DNA of 64,000 bases, from the NCBI RefSeq assembly GCF_018350175.1, contig NC_058383.1, forward strand, positions 30,258,001 through 30,322,000, read 5' to 3'. Source of the DNA: Felis catus (taxonomy: Eukaryota). The position numbers and the translations under genes were made by a program. Below the pieces are notes generated by a model. That model was not told the DNA's origin, searched no databases, and was given only the letters and a program-made list of their open reading frames with translations. Shown here in pieces: positions 38,423 to 52,057 of this stretch. The number at the start of each line of letters is the position of its first letter. The first letter of the stretch is position 1.

Positions 38423-39195
38423 ACTTCCTTAACATGACTTCTTTAGCCACATAAATACTTCTATTTATTTCCAGCGCCTGTTTTCCCATACCACTGAGGC
38501 CAGGGAATGTGTTCAGTTTCCTCCACCCCTCCGTTCCCAGTGCCTCTCCTGGCTCCCTCCACGGAACTGAATTCTAACTAACACAGGAAAGGATGAGAGG
38601 GAAAAAGACCATTTTTCAGGCACCTGCTAGGTGGCAGGCAGTGTGCAAGGAGCTTTACCTAAAAGTCAGCTTTTTCACTAAGAAAAAGGCATTGGATGTA
38701 TCGGCTTAGCAACAGCCATTTTGGTTGCTCTGAAATTAGTTTTTTCTTTTTGGACTGTACGTGCATCAGGTAAGTATTTTGTGTATGGACAATCTGACAC
38801 CTGGGACAGCAAACGACAACGACAAAAAAGCAAAGGGATGAAACAAATAAGGGAACTGGGCTCAGCTCAACCAAACACCAGGGATGGTATGCTGCTTAGG
38901 TATGTGTCCTCTAGGTGGTAACACAACACAGATGCCCCACAGACAGAGGACGAAGTATATCCTACACCAAGTCTCCAGCAGAAATGATTCTATTCAGGGC
39001 TGCAACGGACCTGTTGCTTAAGGAATTTTCCAGTGTGCACCAAGAAGGCCTTTAGTTCTGGCTTTCATTGAAGCTTCACAGAGCCAATGCACGGATGCAG
39101 AGTACAGACTGATTTCCTATCACCTGTATATTTTGTGTCTTAAAGAGCCCGCTTGAATTGGGTGCAAATCTCCTCCACTTAGCTTGTAGAGTCTG

Positions 39196-39659
39196 TTTTG
39201 TAAGTGCATTTATTTATTATTTTTTGAGGGAGAGAGAGAGAGAGAGAGAGCGCGCGAGAGAGTGAGCAAGTGCGCACAGGGAAGGGGCAGAGAGAGAGAA
39301 TCCCAAGCAGGCTCTGCACCATTAGCATGAAGCCCCATGAGGGGCTCAATCCCAAAAACCGTGAGATCATGACCTAAACCAAAGTTGGATGCTTAAACAA
39401 ATGAGTCATCCAGGCACCCCCCCCCCCCACCACACACACACTTTTTTGACAGAGACATAAGGAGAGCCTGAGCAGGGGAGAAGGGCTGAGGGCGAGAGAG
39501 AGACAGAAAAAGAGCAAGAGAGAGAGGGAGGGAAGGAGGATCCAAAGCAGTCTCCATGCTCAGCACGGAGCCTGACACGGGACTCCATCCCATGACCCTG
39601 AGATCATGACCCGAGCAGAAAACATGAGTTGGACATTCAACTGACCAACGAAGCACCCC
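39196..39659 (-). mobile_element. Two tandem CanSINEs (about 39196-39420 and 39442-39659)
   Basis: Two reverse-complement SINE bodies. Confidence 0.9.
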
Positions 39660-39959
39660 TGGAGAGTCCATTTTTAAGGACCTACCACACAGAGAGTGGT
39701 TGAGATTCACAGTGATAGACACAATGATGTCTCTCCCCATTTTCCATACCTTCCAAAATTCTCCAAACAGCTTCCTCTGTGAGGAGTTATCTGAGAGCAG
39801 AGTGAGAACACAGAGAGAATAGGTCCTTCAGAGATGGGAGACAAGGGTTTAAATCCTGCTCCAGCCACATATTAGCTGTGAGGTCCTAAGAAAATTACTG
39901 AGCTCTGGTGCCTCTGGTTCACTGCATATGAAATGGGCGAGATGGGAATGCCAACAAAA

Positions 39960-40460
39960 GAACTTGGAAGCAGGTTCTTAAACAGCCGTTTGCTTGCCCG
40001 TCTATACTGCAGCACTGTTCACAATAGCCAAGAGGTGGAAGCAACAGGTGTCCACCGATGGATGAAGGGATAAAGAAAATGTGCCGTATGCGTACAATGG
40101 ACTATTACTCAGCTTCAAAAAGGAAGGAAATTCTGATACATGCTACATCATGGATGGACCTCAAGGACATTATGCTAAGTGAAATAAGCCAGTTATAAAA
40201 AAGAATTCTCCTCTATGATTCCACTTATATGAGGTAGCTACAGTAGTCAGATCCATGGTCACACAGAAAGCAGAATGGTGGTTTCCAGGGGTAGGCAGAG
40301 ACCGGAATGGGGAGTTGGTGTTCAACGGGTAGTTTCAGTTTTGCAAGACAAAAAGTTCCATAAGTCAGTCGCACGACAATGTAAATATACTTAATGTTAC
40401 TGAACTGTACACCTAGAAATGGTTAAGATAGTGAATTTTATGTTATGCATTCATTGCCAA
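39960..40460 (+). mobile_element. L1MB-type 3' end
   Basis: gcagcactgttcacaatagccaagaggtggaagcaac...actgaactgtacacctagaaatggttaagatagtgaattttatg. Confidence 0.88.
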
Positions 40461-41095
40461 ATTTTGAAACCAAGATGCACGTGCCAAGTGCTCTATCCAC
40501 ACACCCCTCATTATACGTGAAGCCATTCTGTAAGTTAGACATTATTGTGCACAACGGGAAGATGGGAAAAAATGAGGCAAAAAGAAAGGGCTGTGGACCA
40601 TGTATGTGAGGTCACAGGCAGCAGAGACGAAGTCACCTTGATCCCAACCCAATGCTTCCTTCTCCATTCTAACTGATTATCTTCGACAGAGTCCAGAAAA
40701 GATCAAGCAAGACATGTCCTGAAAGCACAGACCTTAATATCTGGCACACGTAAGAATCCGTAATGGTAAACCTTTCTCCCCATAATATTTCCACATTTTA
40801 AAAACATTCAAGCTAACCACTTCTTCTTGTCTCTGAGAATGTTCCAAGGGGTGATTATTGTTTAAACCAAATCCTTGCTAATTGCCGGATGAGCAAATTC
40901 ATTCACTGAATAACCCACTTATCGAATAATCACAACGTGCCAATCCTAGGCCAGGTGTCTTTCTGGGTACTGGGGAAGGAGAAATGCCTAAGACCCACTC
41001 CTGCCTCTGAAAAGTTCACAGTCCAATGAAGGGGGAACTGAAAGATAAACCACTCCTGGTAACACATGTGATAGTAAAAGTACGTACAAAGATCT

Positions 41096-41300
41096 GGGGC
41101 GCCTGGGTGGCTCGGTCAGTTAAGTGTATGACTCTTGATTTCCACTCAGATCATGATCTCATGGTTCATAGGATCGAGCCCTGCATTGGGATCTGCAGGG
41201 ACAGTGCAGAGCCTGCTTGGGATTCTCATTCTCTCCATCTCTTGCTCTATTCTGCCCCTGCTCTCTTGCTCTCTCTCAAAATAAATAAATAAACATTTAA
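41096..41300 (+). mobile_element. CanSINE (SINEC)
   Basis: TSD aaaagta...acaaagatct. Confidence 0.93.
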
Positions 41301-41419
41301 AAAAAGTAGACACAAAGATCTGAGGCAACCTATGTTTCAAGATAAAAATTACCTGATAGTAATCCTTCCTATATCAAATTCCTAAAAATGATTATCAAGG
41401 CATAAAAAAACTCTTAAAA

Positions 41420-42900
41420 ATGTAAAATGAAACCATGATAATATATCACTACCTATCTAAAAGAATAACAAAAACAAAATAAAACATCTCACAATGCCAA
41501 GTCCTGGTGAGGATATGAAGCAAAAGAAACTCTCATTCACTGCTTGTAGGAATGCAAAATGATACAGCCCCTTTGGAAAAATAAATGTAGCGGCTTCTTA
41601 AAAAGTTCAACATATACAGAAAACCTGGGATTGCAAGCAACTTGTTCTGCTAGCGTTACGCAAGACAAGCAAACATTTCCAATAAATTTTAACTTGAAAA
41701 ATGAGTGATGTCTTGCAATATGAGTAGTACATGATGCTGAATGTCACATGATCACAACTGAGCCACGGTTCCCCCCACCCACCCCCCGCAGGATTGTGGG
41801 TGATCATCTCCCATGCTTGCATGCTTGGCCTCAAGCTATGGTGTTTGGCAGAAGTCAGTGATTTTTCAGAACAATGGACAGTGCCCACAACTAGTGCTAC
41901 TGTATTTTTTGTCACTTCAAAGCCCCTATGGACAGTCCTTTGCTTTTCCATACAAGAGTAAGTTTAGGAATGCTGTGCTTCATTCTAGGTCATTGGATAG
42001 GTTCCTTGTTAAAGCTGCACAAAAAGATGCCATTGAGCCAAGAGATAGCAGTGATTCCATTAGTGACAGTGAAAGTTGTCCTACACAATAACCCTACTCT
42101 CTCGTCACCCTCACACTAGCCACGAAGGTTTTCAAAGGTAAGCGCAGGTTAATTTGTTTATTTTTCTTCATATTTTGTATTTTCCTTATTATTTTATATA
42201 TTACAGTATTGTAATCACTTTTATATGTTTATTTTGGGTTTGTGGAACAAATCATCTGAGTTTCCATTATTTCTTATGGGGAAATTCGCTTTGATATACA
42301 AGTGCTTTGGATTACAAGCATGTTTCCAGAATGAATTATGCTCACAAATCAAGGTTTTACTGTACTTACAATCAGACTCTACAATCCCACTCCTAGGTAT
42401 TTAACCAAAAGAAATGAAAACTTAGGCTCACATAAAAACCTGCTTGATGTTTAAAGTGGATTCATTCATAATCACCCAAAACTAAGAACAAACCAAATGT
42501 CCTTCAACTGAAAAATTGGTAAATAAGCTTTGGCACATTCAGGCAGTGGAATACTACTGAGAAGTAAAAAGGAAAAGACTATCAATACACACATTATGTT
42601 AAGTGAAAGAAGGAAGACTCAAAATGCCAGACAGGATATGATTCCATTTATGACATTTTAGACAAGGCAAAACCAGAGGGACAGAAATCAGGTCTGTGGT
42701 TGTGAAGGTTCAGGTGAGTAACTGGCTACAAAGGGGCAGCCCAAGGAATCTGGAGGTGGGGTAGAAGGACGGAGCCATTTTGGGTCTTGACTGTGGTAAT
42801 GATTACGTGACTCCATGCATTTGTTGAAATTCACAGAACTGTTCCCCAAAAAGAATCAATTTCACTGTATATAAATTATAAAGTACATTTAAATAATTTT
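41420..42900 (+). mobile_element. Old L1M 3' end split by a DNA transposon
   Basis: L1 consensus continues across the insertion: aaaagttcaacata[TA]cttacaatcagac...aatcccactcctaggtattta. Confidence 0.85.
41617..42362 (+). mobile_element. Tc1/mariner-superfamily (Tigger/pogo-like) internally deleted DNA transposon, 746 bp
   Basis: TA at 41615-41616 and 42363-42364. Imperfect TIRs: cagaaaacctgggattgcaagca versus the reverse complement of the right end, cagtaaaaccttgatttgtgagca. Residual peptide SLDRFLVK...DSESCPTQ* resembles Tigger transposase C-termini. Confidence 0.88.
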
Positions 42901-44104
42901 TTAAAAATATGTAAAGACATTACCCTGCTTAGCAACAAAGAGTTCTGCTGGCAGAGCAGAAACTGTGAGGAATCTCTGAAATGTGAGGCCAAAATGGGAT
43001 TATATTTAAAAAAGTATTCATAGGGCAGGATCTGAACCGGAGAACAGAGCTGCAAAAGATGTGTTCGAACATCCCAGAGGGGATAGAAATGCGAGGGGCT
43101 GAGGACACTGACAGGTTATTGGTTTTGTGCTGCAGTGGAGGTAGCTAGGGAAGCAGAACCCAAGCCATCATGCATCTTTCCAAACCCTCTGGCTTCCCAG
43201 TTTAGCAAGTCAGCTGCCATGATTGAGACATCTTAGGTCAGACAGACAGAGGAATTCCCAAGGTAGATGGGGGTGCTCAGAAAGAATCACTACCACCAAG
43301 AAGACCACCTGCTTGAGCATCCCAAAGAGTGACACATCCCACCCTCCCCTCACTCTCTCTGCATAGAATGTGGATATGGTTAAGGAACTACAAGTAACAA
43401 AAGTTCCTTCCCTTCCCTCCCTCAAGACGACAGTGCTAACAAATCCGTAGACAATCTAACTAGTAATCTCACACACCAAGATGAGTACCCAATCCAGATT
43501 CACTGAGCCCATGGAGATACCAACACCATGAAATAGAAAAGATAATCTCAAAAAGTGGAAGAATGTAAATCTAAAGATACAGAACCAACAGAACCGTTAG
43601 CTCAGGACTTTAAAACGAGTGTAATTAATATTCTCAGAGCTATTGCATACATGAAAGAAGAACAGGTATTCATGAAAAAAGAGTCAAATAGAGTTCTTCC
43701 AAAAAGAAAAGCACAGTTGTTGAAACCAAGATGAAGAACTTCATAGAGATTTAATTCTGGAGGATTCAGGGCAGCCTTCTTAGACTCTGCCAGCTCTCAG
43801 TTGTGAGATCATTCCTGGCAGGAGAAACAGTAAGGATGAAAGTAAAGAACCGCAGAAAAGTATTTTGTGGTTTTTAAGGAACCATGATAAACTCAGAGTA
43901 GCTACAGCAGACAATACACAGGGAAGGCTTCTTTTTATTCTGCTTTTCGTTATGGCAGTAGCCATGAAATGCATTGCAATGAAAGTGCTCACAACCACCA
44001 GCCATGAATCACAATGCAGTGAAAGTGTCCACCTATGAGTACAAGTACATAAGGTGGGCATTAGCAACTAATATGTTTCATTTTACTCTTTATCTCCTAT
44101 CATC

Positions 44105-44667
44105 TGTGGCAGATTGCATTTTCCAAAGATGGTCGTCACAATACCTCGCCAACTCATATGCTCTTTTTATAATATGATGTTGACAATTCTCCCATCTGGT
44201 GGTGGTATCTGTGTCCTGTATTGCAGAGCCCTCACAGATCTTTGTGATTGCTCTCACCAACACAGTAGGGCAGAAATGATGCTTTGTGAATTCCATGGCT
44301 AGATCAGAAGCTGCCAGGCAATTCTGCTGGCTCTTTTGGAATGCCAGCTCTTGGAACTCAGCTGCCATGTTGTGGGGAAGCCCAGTCTACAGACAGAGGC
44401 CATGTGTAGATGTTCCACCTGACCGTCCCAGCTGAGAGTCTAGCTGGTGGCCACAATCAACTACCAGATATGTGAGTAAAGAAAGTTCAAGATGACATCT
44501 GCCCCAGCCACTGTCTGACTGTAACTGCATAAGAAATCCCCAGTGAGTATCACCCAGCTGGGAAGAGTCAACCTCTAGAACTACGGGTGACAATAAAATG
44601 CTTGTTTTTGTTTCAAGCTGCTGACTTGTGAGGCTAATTCAGTACACAGCAACACATTAAAAAACAT
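44105..44667 (+). mobile_element. MLT1 (G/H-like) solo LTR
   Basis: Starts tgtggcagattgcattttccaaagatgg; contains ggaactcagctgccatgttgtggggaagccca. Confidence 0.8.
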
Positions 44668-45439
44668 CTTAGTTTGTAGATCTGAAAATATGAGATTTGC
44701 ATTTCTTTAAAATAACATCCGTTTTCAACTTCACAGGAAATTAAATGAGATGAAATTTAATCCTCAGTCCCTAACATGTGCGACAGCTGGAACCACGAGA
44801 AGAAAAACAAGATTCTCACCCCTTGACTCAGTGTTATTACCCCACCCCGTCACCACCACCAGTAGTGGGTAGGCTGAGACGTGCAGAGAAAAAAAGGGGA
44901 CAGGGCAAGGGATGTGGACACAGAACCAACAAGGAATGGTGGGTTATTCTTTCAGCTGAATATTTCTAAACCACTGGGGAAGAAGAAGGTTTTGTATGGG
45001 GATTTCTGGACTTGGAGTTCTGGCTGTGTGATCCTGGGTAAGTAATTTAACCTCCCTGGCCCTCCCTTTCCCAACTAAAAAGTGAGGGGAATAATAGTTA
45101 TTTCACAGAGAGTGCCCACCATCAAAAATATCTGGGGAAAATGAACACGCAAGGATACAGAAATTAGAGATATTAGGCCAAAGTGGGTGGCAAACCTTTT
45201 GTTTTATCTCAGGATGGATGAGAACTTGGGATGTCTCAGACTGACTCCTTTTGGACATGCCTCTCTCTGAGCTTGCTGGGCACCCCACTGCTACATGTGT
45301 CCAGCCACCACTACCCCTGGTGATGATTCCTGAATCCCCATCCCAAACACCTAAGGCCCCATAGCATTACACACCATACTTATTAATCAGAGTTTGGGGC
45401 AAAGGTTTTGTGGGAACTCCTAACTCATAACATGCTTCA

Positions 45440-46170
45440 TTCCTGCTGGTTCCCTTAGAGTAGTTCTACATGAAATACACACCCGAGCACCTCTCTAGAC
45501 CAAGCCACCATTGTCTCCTATCTGGGTCCTCCTACCAAGATGCTTCATGTCCTCCCCCGACTTCTAACCCATTTAACCACTCACAAGTTTGAGTAATCTT
45601 TATTATACACCTGCTATCACAACACTCCCTGTTTGAATTCCTATAATCAGTTCTCAGTGTCACTTTCAGGTAAACTGAAAATGCACACCATGTACGATGT
45701 GGTCACGCACGACCAACAGTTGCCCACCTCACCAGCCCCTGGTTCCCTGTCACTCTCCACCACCCACACTCCTCCCAGCCACACTAGCCCATATTGGGAC
45801 CTTCTCACACACAAGTCATGTCCCTACTCAGAGCCTTCACACATATTCTCCCCTTTTGCTTAGAATGCTCTCTCGTCTCCTGATTTCTGGTTGATCTTTG
45901 GGGACTCATAGCTATTTTTCTAGGGAAGACTTTCTTGAGCCTCCTCCCCTGCATAAATCTGGCCCTCCCCAAATAGTAAAGATGACTATTATAACAGTAA
46001 CAACAACCTTTCTCTCTGTAATCGCACTTTATAAAAATATATTTCCTTGAATGAGTATTTAACCGATGCCCATGTCCTCCCCTAAACATGCAGTGACCAA
46101 ATCTAATTTGCTTACTGGGTCAATGCCTGTGCCCAGCACAATGCCTGGCCCACAGTAACCGCTCAGGACG
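45440..46170 (+). mobile_element. L2 fragment
   Basis: Ends gtgcccagcacaatgcctggcccacagta, typical of the L2 3' terminus. Confidence 0.6.
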
Positions 46171-48829
46171 TGTTTCTGGATGGAAAAAAAAAAAGCTAAA
46201 TGTTACTCTGATGGACTCTGCAACTCCACTGGGTATCTCCTGAAACAGGAATAACTTTGCATGTGAAAAGGAACCTGGTTCCCAAACCTGCTTCCTGAGA
46301 TGTTGAATTTTGCATTCTAGACTGTGCTCTGTGCCATGCTCGTGATTTTGAATCCGTAAGGATGGCTCTGTCTGTTTTCCATTTCCAGACATTTGGTTGT
46401 CGGGGGTCTCCTCTGGTCAGTTCATCTTTTTTACTCTGAGAACACAGATCAGCCTATGGACAGGCTGCCTCTGGGTTAGGTGTCCTCCAACCCTGGTCCA
46501 AACTTCCGTGGCCTGGAAATAGGTCAAGCTAGCTCATGCTTGTCTGGACACTGCCTCATCATCTTCCATTCCCTGGGCAGTGTTGCTAGGCTCAAATGTG
46601 GCTGCTCTGTAAGGCCCCATAGACCTATGGCAGGAGGCAGGCTTCTAGGCTCCGCATTCCCAGGTCCCTGGCACAGACCAAGGCATGGGGGCGGGAAGTT
46701 GTCTGTGTTGCTCAGGACAAGGAGGGCTCCCCCAGCGTCTCAGAGCTCTATGACTCTGCCAAATAGCCAAGTGGTTAAATGTTGAGGGCTGTAAATGAGG
46801 CTCATCTGTCAGCCGTGGGCGGGCAGCGGCTCCATCTGCCGTGTCAGGAGCCTGGAGGGCGATTGGAGGAAGCAACTTGTAAGCGTGAGGCCCAAGATGG
46901 GAAGGGAGAAACTTCCTCAGGAGACTGTAGAACGGGGGACCTTGAAGACTCTACCAGCCCCTTCAAAGTGTTCCGGATGAAAAACAAAAACGAGACCTGA
47001 AGAGGGGGTAGGCTTGGCCACCATCACTCAGCAAATATGCATCAGTGCCGGATGAGAGTCAATGCTCCGGGATTTTAGACCGCATCCCTCCCCACAGAGA
47101 CACACCTGACCCAACTCGCACCCAGTCCACAGGGGGAGGAGATGCTCTGAGCCACTTGAGGATAAAATATCCCAGTTCTCCTCTCTGTGCTCACATTTCT
47201 TCTTCAAGAGTCTCTTTGGACCTCTAGAACCTCAGAATAGACCTGATCACATTGATTCATCCATTCGATAGATATTTTTGGAGTGCCTCTATATGCAAGG
47301 CATCGGGAATTTATCAGTAAAAAAAATGGACCTCGTTCCTGCCTCTGGGAACTCATACTCTAGTGGGAAAGAGAGAGAGTAGGCAGAAGAAAATCACATG
47401 AATGTATGTACAAGTTACATCCGTTCTTTTAAGGAAAAGTATTGGGCACGAGTTGTGCCAATGCATGTGGCGTGGGATGGTATGCAGAACTGATGGCCAT
47501 GTCCCTGTCCCCCCCCCCCCGATACTTCTTTTAATACAGTGACCCTTCCCCATTGGTCAGATGGCCACAGTGCAGCCAGAGTCTCGATGGACAGTTTGCA
47601 CAATGGACTCAGATAACCAAAGAGTCAGATGCCAGGTTTTTGAGCTTCGAAACACGGTATTGATAAGGACGAGCATTTGCTGAGCTGTGTTGTCTCTGGT
47701 GCAGAAGCTAAGAGGAATCCCAGGTCCCAGGAGAGGAAAAAGCTAGGTAAGAGAATAATTTGAGTGAGCTGTCATTGGTGTGGGGCGGGGTCCTGTATGC
47801 TGCTCGTGGTGGAAATAAAATACGGATCTCTACAACTCAGACCTCCAAGCAGATCTAGAGTTTGGCCCCAGATCAGAGATCCTCCTGGCTGGTGACTGAG
47901 CAGGGAAAAGGAAATGCAGAAAGAATCAGGTTTTCCCCAGTCAGCAAATGAGGAGGCTCCCAGCCCCGGGTCCTCAAAGATCAAAGGCTGGCAAGCAGTC
48001 TATAAATGGAGCTGTGAGTCCCCCCAGCCTCGGAGTAACTACATGGATGAATAACACCGAGTCAACATCAGGGCTTAGCTATTGTCTCTAAAAGAGATTA
48101 AAAATGGGGAGAAGAGAGGAGATGTGGGTGATCCAAGAGCTGCAGCCCTAGAAGGCCATTATCTGTCTTGAGCCTTCAGCCCACCCTACCACCCACTCCT
48201 CCGTGTGAGGTTATAGTACAACAATAAGCCTGCAATTATATTTTACTTGTGAAAAAAAAAATAATGGTGAGTCAAACACCAGCTCGCAGATGTAACGGGT
48301 ACCACTAGTTATGTCAGTGGGAGGCGGCCAAGTCTTGGGCTAAATTGAGAACCCCTGCTGTGGGTCCACATTCATAAGCCTGCCTGGCTGCCCAAGGCCA
48401 CACTCCCTGTGCCTGTGAGTAGCACCTGGCCCTGGGAAGGCGTGGGACCACCAGACACAGGGGGTACCGGTCAAGATCTGGGTCCTGAAGGGAGACTGTG
48501 GCAGTCTGGACAGACCCTGAGGTCAAGACGACAAATAGGCACAGAGCAGCGGGCCTGGCACGGACCGTAGGACCAGAGACCGAACACAGGCACCTGTGCT
48601 AATGTGAGGACAGGTGCCTTATGTGGGCCACAGACCAAAGCAGGTGACAAGTGCAGGCCAGACCTGTGCCTCCAAAGGGCCTGGACCCTGGGCCAGCCCC
48701 TGTGAATTTAGATGCAGTCGTGGGCACGAACAGGGAGGCAGAATAAGTTGAGTAAGGAAATCTTGCTTGGCCGATGTAAGTCTTTAACATTAGGCCAAAT
48801 ATGAACATAAAGCAGAGACTAAGCCAAAT

Positions 48830-49250
48830 TATAAATAACATTTTACATATATATATGAAAACAAATATTAATACATAAATACAAACATGCGATAAAGATA
48901 AATGTAAATACATATCACATAAATGTTATATATGCACAATATAAGTATATGTAAGTTATAAATCTGTAAACAAATAAACATACTTATAAACAATATGTGT
49001 AACATATAATAGAAACATAAATATACAAGTTACAAATATAAAAATTAAACATATATAAATATATATTATAAATATAAATATAATATATATCTATATAACA
49101 TATATAAATATATATTATAAATATAAATATAATATATATCTATATAACATATAAATATAATATATATTTATATAACATATATAAATATAATATATATTTA
49201 TAATCCATATATATCTATATTTATACACACAGACACATGCATATATAAAG
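48830..49250. repeat. AT-rich low-complexity/minisatellite with two tandem 49-bp units (about 49048-49145)
   Basis: Unit aacatatataaatatatattataaatataaatataatatatatctatat occurs twice, followed by shorter variants. Confidence 0.9.
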
Positions 49251-49445
49251 TTACATTCAGAGAGGGCAAGAACGAGAATATACGTAGGTTCAAATCCCAG
49301 TTATGCCCTTGAGAGCCACATGCTCTGGGCCTGGTTATTTGCTCCCATATGAGGAGGCTTGGTCTCCTCATATGTGATGTTCTAACCCAAGTGGGGCTGC
49401 CTACCACCCTTGGAAAGGTGAGCAAGTCTGGGACAGCCCACTGTC

Positions 49446-49661
49446 TTTTTTTTTTTTTTAATGTTTACTCATCTTTTTGAGAGACAAGAGGGAGGACAAA
49501 TGGGGGAGGGGCAGAGAGAGACACACACACAGAATCCAAAGCAGGCTCCAGGGTGTGAGCTGACAGCACAGAGCCTGACGTGGGGCTCGAATCCAAGAAC
49601 TGTGAGATCATGACCTGAGACGAAGGAGGCCGCTTAATCAAGTAAGCCAGCCAGGCGCCCC
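49446..49661 (-). mobile_element. CanSINE (SINEC)
   Basis: Reverse-complement SINEC. Confidence 0.92.
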
Positions 49662-51377
49662 TGGGAGAGGCCATTTTCTAATGGTCAGGTGATAAAGGGA
49701 AAGCTGCCAGCACTGTAGCTAAATGCCCTGCGGTGTGTGGGGTCCCAACACGGGTACTCATCCCCCCAACATGCTGACAGAGCCCCTGCTGAGAAACACC
49801 GCAACTCCCCAAGTCCCTTTAAGACCAGCAGGGGAGTTACCTGTAAGCAGCCCTGCCTCTCTCATGGGTTACACTGAACCCTCATCTTCCTCCAGGCAGG
49901 CAATGTGAGGGAGCCAGAGTCCATGCCTCTCTCAGAGCCTGCCCCTCAGCATGTCCCATGCAGATCCCAGAACATTCCAAGAGTCTCCTAAGTACTTGTA
50001 CCCCCCATTCTCTCCTTCACTGCTCACGGCATCCCCAGACATCGGAAGAATCGCCTCCCTCTTGGGCACGGGAAAAGTGGAGCCCCGACACAGACAGAAT
50101 GCCACAGAAAGATCTGGAACCCGAGCTCAGATCATGTCACTCCAAATCTGAGTCCCACTGGGTGCCCCAGGCTGAGCACCAGGACCCCGTCGTGGATTTC
50201 CCAGGTCTTCATCTAGGTCTGTCACCAGTGTCAGGAAGCCAAGGACAGTGGGGCAAGCTTTCTCCCCACAGGAGGGGTCTTTGTTTCCCTGAGTCAGAGC
50301 TGCCTCCATCCACAAGTGGTAAGCGAATCTACTCGACTGCTTTGTACCTCTCACATTCCCACAGGGCTTCCTGGCTCCATGAGCAGGAAGAAAGAAGGAC
50401 CCCGAGCACCATGTTCATATAAAAACAGCTTCTCCTTTCCACGCCTTTCCTCCTCCAAGGGCCCGCCATCCACCTACTGCTCCGATCAAAGCCCCAGGCT
50501 TCCTCCTGGACACCATCACCATATGCCCCAATAACTGACTGAGTCCTACTAATTCTTTCTTATAAACATCCCTCAAGTTTCATGGCACCCATCCCTGCGT
50601 CAGTTCTATTTCCACGTCCCCTGCCCCGATCCAGGCCACCAGCACCTCTCCTAGGACCACCGCCCAGTTAAGAGTAACAGCTCCCGTAGACTCACAGCCC
50701 TTTGACTCCCAGGGGCTGCTCAAGGATCATGGCAATGATGGAGGGGAGCTTCTAGGAGATTTTCAGTTGCAGGAGGAGGAGGAGGAGGTGAAAGAAGAAG
50801 AGAATTTCTGTCTACTCAGAACCTAGCATGAAGCAGAGCCCAAAGGAAGTCATTTGTTGTTGGTAAACAAACAGGAGGCTGGAAGTTGTCACATGAGAAG
50901 GCCCCACAATGAAAACAACAAAAATGAAACCAGGCAGGAATCGAATACTGCATTTTGCAAACGGATACAGGCTGGAGGCACAGAATCACATATGTAGAGC
51001 CAGAAAGGACTTTGGAAATCACCCACTCCAATCTCTTGTTTTACAGTGGAGGGGAAAGGCCCAGTGAGGTGACGACATACTTAGGGCCACACCGTGAGCC
51101 AGCTTTTGGGCTCTGCCATGACTCTGGCTCCCCACTCAGTGTGCTGTCTCCCTGAATATCTTTTTCCCATTTCCTTTTCTCGTCTATGTCTTTTTGCCTT
51201 TTAAGATTCAGTACGGCCATCACCTCCTCCAGGAAGTCTTCCCTGAACTCCCTAGCTGGGTTAAATGCCCTACTCCCTTTGCCCTGACAGCCTTCTAAGC
51301 TTCCTCTGGCATAGAATCCACTTAGCAAACTCAGTTGTACTTGCTGAACATTTCATTCACTTTTTATGCTAGACCAC

Positions 51378-51625
51378 AGCTTCTTTGTCTCGGCACAACG
51401 AGATCCCATCTTGGGCTGGATCATTCTTTGCTCGGGTGCGGGGTGGGGGGTGGATGGCTGTCCTGTGTACTGTGGGATGTTTAGCGGCATCCCTGGCCTC
51501 TACCCACTAGACGCCCATCAGCCATCCCCCTAAAGCTGTGACAACCAAAATGTCTCCAGAACTTACCAACTGTCCCTGGGGTTGAGGAGCAGGGGCGGAA
51601 CAGTAAAAACACCTCCAGATGAGAG
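51378..51625 (+). mobile_element. MER20 hAT-Charlie element
   Basis: tgggatgtttagcggcatccctggcctctacccactaga...gtgacaaccaaaatgtctccaga. Confidence 0.9.
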
Positions 51626-51974
51626 GAGTGATCTAGGCTGTGACATGTGTGAAGGCAGAGGCCACGTCCTCCCGTTCTCTACATTACACTCCTACTGTGC
51701 AGCACAGGGCCTGAGACACGGCGAACATACAATAAACTGCATCTATACTTAGGACATGCATATGTGGGGCCTGACTGTGTGTACGTGTGTGCACACACAC
51801 ATGTACATGCCATCCCCATATTGTCGTTTCCAAAATAAACTGTCCAAAACTGCAACATTTTTTGCTCTTTTGGGATGCGTTCAACACGGCTGTGTTTATA
51901 CTGCCTTGTTAAAGTAAGAGTAAGAGGAACTGTCGGCGCTAATCGGAATTTAACGTTTTGTTTCTGGATTGGTA

Positions 51975-51976
<2 letters not shown>

Positions 51977-52054
<78 letters not shown>
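51977..52054. repeat. Compound (TG)22(AG)17 microsatellite
   Basis: Seen directly. Confidence 0.97.

Positions 52055-52057
<3 letters not shown>

Noticed and set aside
38624..38637. CTCF-like ctgctaggtggcag
   Set aside because: It lies in a MIR/L2-like remnant (gcacctgctaggtggcaggcagtgtgc) and is probably coincidental.
41813..42091. ORF as a functional transposase or TIGD gene
   Set aside because: Only a short C-terminal remnant survives, in a 746-bp deleted element with no DDE domain.
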